DNA of 26,242 bases, counting the filler, from an uncultured virus (IMG/VR IMGVR_UViG_2061766007_000711) (taxonomy: Duplodnaviria > Heunggongvirae > Uroviricota > Caudoviricetes). It is 2 parts of one record of this genome, joined end to end, with 100 filler letters (N's around TTAATTAATTAA, not from the genome) between each part and the next. Parts side by side here need not be neighbours in the genome. Positions count along the whole stretch, not along the records: positions 1,713 to 26,242 come from IMGVR_UViG_2061766007_000711; 1 more part is not named here. The stretch is one strand, 5' to 3'. Below are positions 10,706 through 18,388 of the stretch, piece after piece. Position 1 is the stretch's first letter. Each line of letters begins with the position of its first letter. Made by a program: the position numbers and the translations under genes. The notes beneath the pieces were generated by a model, which was given only the letters and a program-made list of their open reading frames with translations, did no database searches and had not been told where the DNA came from.

Positions 10706-10727
10706 CCGGATATTGAAAGGAGATTCC

Positions 10728-13700
10728 ATGTCCGCAACGTTCGATTTCGATAAATACTACTCAATCGAGAAGCTATCTACCGATGCGTCGATTAACCGTG
10801 CGGGCGTGGAACTGCAGAACCCGACCGAGACCGCGGACATACCTACCAACAACGTGAAGTACTATGTGTCCGAGGTATCCCTGATATATGTTGGGAATTT
10901 TGTGGGTGAACTTGACGGGAACAAGCGGCTTATTATCCAGGACATAAAGGACACCGAGAAGGTATACTTCATCCGCCCGTGGCATCCGCTGGGCAGCCTG
11001 GTAGAAACCGGGATTGACTCGGAATGGAATAACCTTGGACCCGGGAGGATGACCAAGTATACGGCGGGAGAAAATGACCAATATGCGTACTACCTTGTGG
11101 ACGATGATGAAAACGATGCCACCAGGTATCAGGTTAAGTCTTTTATTGCAAAGGTTTTCCCCAGGTACGAGGCTGAATCTGGAAACCTTGAGACGGTTGA
11201 TGAGCAAATAAGGGCAGGCTTTACTGTTGGCGATGTAGACCAGTCCCCCATTACCGACCCAAAACTGATGAAGCTGCTGTATGGCGCGCTTGGGTTCTAT
11301 GGCGGTCGATGGAAGGGGAACAAGTGGCTGAATAAGTGGAGAAAGTCGTCAGTGGAAAAGCTGGGCAGTGCGGTAATAGGGTATGACACTTTCCAGAAGA
11401 AGCTCAGTAGCCTAGGTGACCTATGTGCAGAATCAGATGTCGGCATGACAGTCACCTACTATGAGGATTCCGATGCATTAACTGAGGACGGGCGAGACCC
11501 ATATGATGCTAATCTGTCCAGGAGTGCATCGTTCAATGACGCCTATGGTTCGTTGCAATCATTCCTTAGTAGACCTTCTGTTGATATAGCAGAGGTAAAG
11601 GGAGAAACAGCAACTGCCTTGATACCTCCCGTGAAGGAGGCGGTCAGGTCATTCTTCTATCCAGTAGATGAACTGTGCAACGAGTTCAATGACCTGTTTA
11701 TTGATACTGCACGTGCGTTATGTGATGTACCGGTAGTCTGGAGTCTTATCAGCGCAAGTAAGAAGAACAAAATAAATGCTTTGCTTGACAGGTATAGGAA
11801 CAGCCAAGCTGCAACACCGACTGACGCTGATGTAATGCTATTCGACCTGGATTGCATGCTGAATGGATTAAACGCGTTGCCATCGCTTCCGGAAGTGGAC
11901 TATATGCCTAATTGCAACATATATCCTAGGTTGATTACTAGAAGTAAAACGGCATCTCCCGAAGGGAATTACATTATTGGCGCATTGCCGTATCCGTCAG
12001 ACAGAACCTCGTTTATGGCATGGAACCAGGATGAGATTTCTGATGACGCAAAGAACAGTCAATTGGGTTATTATATGTACTATGATAATCCAGAACCTGA
12101 GAGTCTAAAGCAATTCCGGACATGTACGGCCGATGAAATAAACGACATCTTGATAAGTTACTATAATAGTGCATATGCTTCGCGGTTTAGTGACCAGGGT
12201 ATTGAAAATGCATCAAAGGACTATATAGATATAATAAAGAATGGGCGGTTGGATGACACCAACACATCGCTAATGGCGTTTGCATTCTTCTATCAGCCGG
12301 TTGCAATATACATGAATAAGATGCGGTCGATTGGCAAGACCGGTGATGCTGAACATATATCTTTTGCCGAACTATGGAATGCGTTGTTTGCATCGGGAAA
12401 ACCATACGCTGACATGATACGTGGATTTGACGTAGTAAATTACCAGCATGACGTGCCTAGATATCTTGATGGAGATTATGACATTATAACCTGGGCGGAT
12501 TCATCGATAGTAGGATATATAAAGGATGGAAATAAGCCATTCGTAGCTGCTTATTCGTCCAGCTGGAAGAACTTATCTGCTAATCCGGATTTAGGGATGG
12601 GATATGCAGTTGCCGCAGTGAATCTGATGAAGGACATATACAAGAGCATGTATACGGCAATTGCTTCATTCAGTATTCTGCTTGGCCCTGCCATGATACT
12701 TGTCGCCGAGACTGCCTTGGATGACCTGGAGGAGGATATCGACCGGCTCAGCGAGCTGGCCGCCCAGCTGCTGTGGTACCAGAGGTATGTACAGGAGTCG
12801 CCGTTTACCAACCTGTCGCTGATACCGGATACTGAATATCCGAACAGCGACCTTGCTACCTGGACGATGCCTGCCAGGCTCATGTTCCCTGTTTCTATGT
12901 ACAAGAAGGTACGTGTCAAGTACAAAAATTGGCTTGGCCTGACCAGACATAAGACCGTAAAGCGTTCCATCGGGGTGCGCTGGGCTGAAGTGACCTTCTA
13001 CGACACTTCGGTATATTCTGAATATCCACAGGTTACGGAAGAAGCTGGCGAGGACTTTGAACTTTCCGGCAGAGCAGAAATATCCGGCAATGACATAACG
13101 CTTACCTCTCCCTTACCGGAAGATGCTCTTGGGCGCGGAGACGCCAGTCTTGTCGTACATAAGAGAGATGGTACCGATGTCAAGATAAGGGTCAGCGTAG
13201 ACACCGACATCACGCTTACCATACTTGATGACCAGAAGCCAATCGGCAACGGTAGTTATGCGTTGGTCCGTATCCGTGTACCGCTCGCTCCTTCACAGCC
13301 CGAGATAGGCAGGGAGCCGGTGAACATTGAGTTCCACATGCCGGCACTCCCCTATGACTCGGAGATTAGGCAGAAGGCGTTTGCCGACTACGGCGCGTTC
13401 AGCTATGCCGAGTACTTTGCTCCTGAACGGTACTCATCTGTTTCATTGGATGAACTGGAGAGTACCAAGATTAAGGAGGAAGATGCAGAGCACCATGACG
13501 GATGGAAGGTATTCCATAGGTCTTCGGACAGTCTGGAGAACTTGCGTGAAGGAATGGGCCTCCACGACAAGGTCGCCATGCTGGTTAAGATTCTCCAGAA
13601 GGAATTCGGCGACTCCCGGGTGCAGCTGGTAGAGACCTACCGGTCGCTCGAGGACCAGAAGCCAATCTCCACGGGAGGCCCGGAAAGCTACTTCCTCTCC

Positions 13701-15128
13701 TGGCACAACTATGGGCTCGCTGCGAAGATTCTCGTTCTGCAGGAGGACGGCCGCACCCCCATCGAGAAGGACGGCCCGGAGATGAAGCGCATGATTCCCA
13801 TTGCAAAGGCATTCGAGGAGTGCTGCCGCAACGGGGGAATAGGCGCCCCGTGTAACGTGGTATGGTGCGCCAGGCTCGTTGTTGGGCCCAGCATGTTTGA
13901 CTGGGAGTTCCTTCCGATTGGAGTAGGCCACAAGGACGCACCGAAGTTCCGCGACGCGCTTCTATCCCAGAAGGACCCGGTAAAGGAGTTCGGGTATGTC
14001 GACGTGGATGCCGCCGGCTACGTATATTCCGAAAAGCCGGCCGACGATAACGTCCCGTATGTCCTGGCATCATCCGGCAGGTACCGGGATTCCCTGGTAA
14101 TCGGCGGGAACCACTACATGTCCCCCGAACACATACACAATTACAAGACTCCGAACGACATCACCATGTACGATGTCAAGGAGTACGTCAACCTGGTCAA
14201 CCTGAAGATGAACGCTAACGGCACGGGAAGGGTACCGGGACGCACGATATACGAGTGGAAGATGCTCAACGACGACTCGGCATGGCAGCTGGTACGATAC
14301 TATGCGATGATTGGCAGCATATCCTCGGCAAAGGCCCTGCTCGCAGGTGACTATGTCGAGAAGTTCGGCACGGTGGACAACCAGATGTATCCGGGAGACC
14401 CGGTCGGGTATATCCAGGGAATGCTGGGAGAGCACTACTACGATATAAGGATATACGTTCCCAGGGACGGCAAGTCCTCCTATATAACCCTGCATAACGG
14501 TCGCTACCACATGGTATCCCGGGATGCGTACCCGGTAAACAAGCCAACCCGTCTCGACCTGCACAAGCAGCAGCAGGTGGATACCGAGCATATCAAGTGG
14601 GGTTCCTGGCATGACGGGATATTCTATTCCGAGGACGAGCGGCCGATACCTGAGATTGTCTCGGAGATACCGGTAATCGACGGGTATGATGCCGATGGCG
14701 TCCCCATAGAGGGCGAGGCCATGTACCTGCACAGGCTGGTCGCCGACAAGGTGCACAAGTGCTACGCGGCAATACGCGATACTTTCGAGGGATTTTCCGG
14801 TGCGCTCATGTACGACCACATAGAGAACGGACCGAACGCCTCCATGGTAGACATGCTGGAGAACGAGTTCGGACTTATTAAGGCGCAGGACCTCCTGTCG
14901 TTCGACGAACTGGAACGCATGCTGTCGTCCGTCGCAGAGGACGTGCAGGTTGACGGCACCATATACGAGAAGGTGGTCAACAACGCCCAGCTCGCCGGCA
15001 TCCGCAAGGCCAGCCTTACCAAGGAGCACATCCACATCAAGGATACTCCTACCAAGAGCGACGCGAAGACGCTATATGACCTCATGCAGCGCGGCAAGGG
15101 ATACATGGCCAACGACCTCCTGAAGTAA
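10728..15128 (+). CDS. Giant (~1466 aa) probable virion protein with a degenerate M15C (L-Ala-D-Glu peptidase-like) domain; intact haplotype B copy
   Basis: Gap-free ORF; SD AAGGAG before ATG 10728; ETYRSLEDQ...SWHNYGLAAKI...KDAPKF motifs; late-promoter motif upstream; clustered with the portal. Confidence 0.8.
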   Translation: MSATFDFDKYYSIEKLSTDASINRAGVELQNPTETADIPTNNVKYYVSEVSLIYVGNFVGELDGNKRLIIQDIKDTEKVYFIRPWHPLGSLVETGIDSEWNNLGPGRMTKYTAGENDQYAYYLVDDDENDATRYQVKSFIAKVFPRYEAESGNLETVDEQIRAGFTVGDVDQSPITDPKLMKLLYGALGFYGGRWKGNKWLNKWRKSSVEKLGSAVIGYDTFQKKLSSLGDLCAESDVGMTVTYYEDSDALTEDGRDPYDANLSRSASFNDAYGSLQSFLSRPSVDIAEVKGETATALIPPVKEAVRSFFYPVDELCNEFNDLFIDTARALCDVPVVWSLISASKKNKINALLDRYRNSQAATPTDADVMLFDLDCMLNGLNALPSLPEVDYMPNCNIYPRLITRSKTASPEGNYIIGALPYPSDRTSFMAWNQDEISDDAKNSQLGYYMYYDNPEPESLKQFRTCTADEINDILISYYNSAYASRFSDQGIENASKDYIDIIKNGRLDDTNTSLMAFAFFYQPVAIYMNKMRSIGKTGDAEHISFAELWNALFASGKPYADMIRGFDVVNYQHDVPRYLDGDYDIITWADSSIVGYIKDGNKPFVAAYSSSWKNLSANPDLGMGYAVAAVNLMKDIYKSMYTAIASFSILLGPAMILVAETALDDLEEDIDRLSELAAQLLWYQRYVQESPFTNLSLIPDTEYPNSDLATWTMPARLMFPVSMYKKVRVKYKNWLGLTRHKTVKRSIGVRWAEVTFYDTSVYSEYPQVTEEAGEDFELSGRAEISGNDITLTSPLPEDALGRGDASLVVHKRDGTDVKIRVSVDTDITLTILDDQKPIGNGSYALVRIRVPLAPSQPEIGREPVNIEFHMPALPYDSEIRQKAFADYGAFSYAEYFAPERYSSVSLDELESTKIKEEDAEHHDGWKVFHRSSDSLENLREGMGLHDKVAMLVKILQKEFGDSRVQLVETYRSLEDQKPISTGGPESYFLSWHNYGLAAKILVLQEDGRTPIEKDGPEMKRMIPIAKAFEECCRNGGIGAPCNVVWCARLVVGPSMFDWEFLPIGVGHKDAPKFRDALLSQKDPVKEFGYVDVDAAGYVYSEKPADDNVPYVLASSGRYRDSLVIGGNHYMSPEHIHNYKTPNDITMYDVKEYVNLVNLKMNANGTGRVPGRTIYEWKMLNDDSAWQLVRYYAMIGSISSAKALLAGDYVEKFGTVDNQMYPGDPVGYIQGMLGEHYYDIRIYVPRDGKSSYITLHNGRYHMVSRDAYPVNKPTRLDLHKQQQVDTEHIKWGSWHDGIFYSEDERPIPEIVSEIPVIDGYDADGVPIEGEAMYLHRLVADKVHKCYAAIRDTFEGFSGALMYDHIENGPNASMVDMLENEFGLIKAQDLLSFDELERMLSSVAEDVQVDGTIYEKVVNNAQLAGIRKASLTKEHIHIKDTPTKSDAKTLYDLMQRGKGYMANDLLK

Positions 15129-15141
15129 TTTTCCGCAAACC

Positions 15142-15149
15142 CATAAACT
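15142..15149 (+). promoter_or_regulatory. Putative late promoter CATAAACT
   Basis: Orthologous to 9871-9878. Confidence 0.6.
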
Positions 15150-15177
15150 ACGGAAAACGAACCATGGAGGGCCGTGG

Positions 15178-16684
15178 ATGCCCGCTCAGGTAATCATCAA
15201 GAAGTATACCGGACGCGATTCCGACTTCGGTACCGTGGTGAAGAGCCTCGGCATTAAGCGGGTGGATACCGCTGTTCCCTCCGTCTACAGCTCGAAGAAC
15301 CTCGGCGGCAAGGTGATTCCCGCCGACGATGCCAGCGAGGCCAAGTTCTACTCGGTCTACCGTCCGGACCAGCCGGACTGCTGGAACTACTCGATGGAGT
15401 GCGTGTTCAAGGTGCACCTGGTCAAGCCGCCCGACGTGCAGCTCAGCAACCTGTGCATCTATCCCGTGGGAGAGAGGCCGACCAGCCCGAACGCGCCGAA
15501 GCTGATGATTGGCAACTCCATCACCTACTCGAAGCCTACCAATGCAAAGAGCGTGAAGGCAGTCCACGACATCTGGGAATACTCCAGGGAGCACCCGTTC
15601 TACCTCACGGTCTCCGGCCTATACGGCCAGGTAGTGGACCCGGCTTTCACCAAGTACGAGTACTCGGTCGAATACCGCGACTGCGGATACGGCAACGTCG
15701 TCTACCTCGACGGCGAGCGCCAACCTGCTNNNNNNNNNNNNNNNNNNNNNNNNNNNNNNNNNNNNNNNNNNNNNNNNNNNNNNCACCGGGAGACGCCTGC
15801 TCGACTTCGTCGACCCGACTACGGGCAAGGTAATCGACCAGAAGTACACCAGGGTAATCCGGCAGGACGACCCGCACGGTGACGGCGGCGCGCTGGAACT
15901 GCTCGTGAAGACTTCCGAGTGGAACCTCATGGACATCTACCCGGCAGGCCTCATCTACAAGATTCAGATGGACCGTGAGTACGACTACGAGGGCAGCGGC
16001 TACATGATTTACTGGCTCAACCTGTACGCACAGGAGGCCGGGTGGAAGCCGGTGTGCGACTCCACCATGCAGACCGACGTATCCTACGTCCCGAACCGGT
16101 GGTTCCGCAGTATCTACGACACTACCGATGCGACCGTTACCGAGGTGACTGCCGACCGTCCCTATGATAAGCAGGTCATCTACTACGACGTGGAGGCCAG
16201 GTGCGACGAGACTGGCCGCATGAGCTTCTTCGTGAACGGTGTCCGACGCCCAACTATCCTATTCGACCTCAACAAGACCTATCACTTCCTCAACCACAGC
16301 GGTTCCAGGTTCCCCCTGCGCTTCATCGGGAACATGTTCGCCCCCCAGGCCAACAATATCGACGACGTGATTAACGACGGCGTGGTGGTCCTCCATGGGA
16401 ATACTGACATCGAGGAGGTGTTTGTCAACCCGGAGAAGGTGCTGAAGGCCGGAAAGTGCATCGGGGCGTACCAGAGCACCTGCCAGCCGGAGATGGGAAA
16501 CGTGGTATACAACCACCCGCTGGACATGTGCGGCAACTACAACATGTGCCGAGTGGGCGGGGGCATCTACAACCCGTTGCTGGCCGGGGAGTCCGACTAC
16601 GTATACCTGCAACTGCAGGTAAATTCCGATACGGACCCCGGTTCTGCCGTCCCTGAACTGGAAATAGGATATGACGAGACCTAG
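15178..16684 (+). CDS. ~500-aa beta-rich probable tail/baseplate structural protein (single gene split by gap 15730-15783)
   Basis: The frame of the 15905-16684 ORF is open back to the gap (TGRRLLDFVDPTTGK...LELLVKTSEW), so both parts are probably one gene. C-terminus is GESDYVYLQLQV...LEIGYDET*. Confidence 0.65.
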
Positions 16685-16709
16685 AAATCCGCATTTTTTG
16701 GACACACTG

Positions 16710-16717
16710 TATAAACT
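16710..16717 (+). promoter_or_regulatory. Putative late promoter TATAAACT
   Basis: Intergenic recurring motif upstream of ATG 16764. Confidence 0.65.
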
Positions 16718-16763
16718 TGCAATCAAAACGACCCCGGTGGCGGGATAATAAGGAAATAGAAAC

Positions 16764-18291
16764 ATGACACAGTCAGAAATCAACGCGAAAGCAATGGCCG
16801 ATATCTTCGCCCTGGAGGATTCGAAGAACCTGTTCGAGGCAATCGGCGACCTCAACGATGACCAGGCCATGGGCCTTGAGGACAACGGTCCGGACTACGG
16901 TCCCGATGACATGCTCACTGTCATCCCGGGCTCCCAGGATACCTTCGGCGGCCAGTCCGTCGGCGCCCCTGTCCAGGAACCGAGTGCTGATGACAAGCGT
17001 TTTGTGGTGGACAGCTTCGCCGAGAAGATGGCTAACGCCCACAAGACCATTGTCGACGAGGACTCCATCGACACGTTCTCCCCGATTATCCAGCAGGAAG
17101 CGGGTCCCAAGATTAACGTGCGCCAGTTCCTCACCGATATGATGAACAGCGCCACACAGCGCCTCAGCTCCCAGAACGTTTCCGAGGCCCAGCCCACCGG
17201 CGCTACCCCGGAAGACTCCATCACTGCCCCGACCGAAGGTGCCGGTGACACGATGGACCCGATGGCTGCGGGTGACCCGATGGGTACTCCGGCCATGGAC
17301 CCGGCTGCAGGCGGTATTGCTCCGGAACCGTCTCTTGACGCCAATGCGGACGACGGTCTCGGCCTTGATGGCATCACCGATGACGGTCTTGGCGACTTCG
17401 GCGCACAGGAAGGTGGCGACGACCTCGGCCTCGACGGTATTACCGACGACGGACTCGGTGGCGAGGGTGACCTCGGTGGCAATGAAGGCGGACTGGCAGG
17501 CGAGGACGACCTCGGCCTTGACGGCATTACCGACGACGGACTCGGTGGCGAGGGTGACCTCGGTGGTGAAGGCGACCTTGGTGGCGAAGGCGACCTNNNN
17601 NNNNNNTGGCGAAGGCGGTGAGGACGATGTTCTCGGCGGTTCGAACCTCGATGGCATGAGTGACGATACCTTCGGTGCCGATGACGATGAAGGGGAAAAT
17701 CCGGTTCCGGATTCCGACCTCGACAGCGATGCGGACTTCGAAGCAGAGATGACTGCCAAGAAGGCACAGCTCGAGTCCATCTATGCCACCTATGTTGAGG
17801 ACCGCGCCCGCAGGAAGATTCGCAACATGGTAGAATCCTACATGGCCAAGAAGGACAGCGAAGCGAAGAAGGCCCAGCTCGAGGCCGCTGAAGCCAAGAA
17901 GGCTGAAGAGGCCAAGCTCGAATCCGTCGCAGCTGCAAAGCGTGATGAACTCGGCAAGAAGGTCGGCGCAATCGTCGAGGCTTCCAAGGAAACCCGTGCC
18001 AAGGTTACCCTCGAGGCTGCAAAGCGTGCCTTCAACAAGGTGAACGCTGCCAAGAAGGACCGCGAGCTCGACTCCATGCTGGAATCCATTTCCAACAACT
18101 ATCATACCGCGCAGGCCGAGAAGAAGGCCGCGGCAAAGCTCAAGGCCAAGCTCGAGTCCATATCCGGCAAGTACGCCCCCAAGGCGCAGGCCGAGAAGAA
18201 GGCCGCCGACAAGAAGACGATGACTGAATCCGTCCAGCCCAAGAAGACCGGGCTGAACGCACAGCTCCAGGAAATCATCGACTCCCTGTAG
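16764..18291 (+). CDS. Acidic Gly/Asp-repeat plus Lys/Ala coiled-coil protein; possible prohead core/internal head protein (gap 17597-17606)
   Basis: Highly acidic N-terminal and middle parts, K/A-rich helical C-terminus with repeated xLE(S/A) motifs, its own promoter motif and a downstream terminator. Confidence 0.55.
17349..17596 (+). repeat. Intragenic repeats: 3x LGLDGITDDGLG plus tandem 18-bp GGEGDL units running into a gap
   Basis: Units start at about 17349, 17418 and 17505; tandem ggtggcgagggtgacctc/ggtggtgaaggcgacctt/ggtggcgaaggcgacct. Confidence 0.9.
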
Positions 18292-18312
18292 TCTGCTTGA
18301 CTTACAAACTAG

Positions 18313-18347
18313 AAACGGAAGGCGACTTGCCTTCCGTTTTTCTTTTG
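18313..18347 (+). terminator. Rho-independent terminator
   Basis: Perfect 11-bp stem AAACGGAAGGC / GCCTTCCGTTT with a GACTT loop, followed by TTCTTTT. Confidence 0.88.
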
Positions 18348-18372
18348 ACCTAGTTTTATACCGGAATAAACC

Positions 18373-18380
18373 GATAAACT
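18373..18380 (+). promoter_or_regulatory. Putative late promoter GATAAACT
   Basis: ATAAACT core after the terminator, 8 nt before ATG 18389. Confidence 0.55.
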
Positions 18381-18388
18381 GTTGAAAT

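Noticed and set aside
10688..10709. CCGGA...TCCGG inverted repeat enclosing the promoter motif
   Set aside because: Only 5 bp, and not preserved at the orthologous site near 2400-2420.
17349..17596. CRISPR-like repeat/spacer pattern
   Set aside because: The repeats are in-frame coding units with synonymous variation and irregular spacing. No CRISPR array, tRNA or rRNA was recognised in the window.
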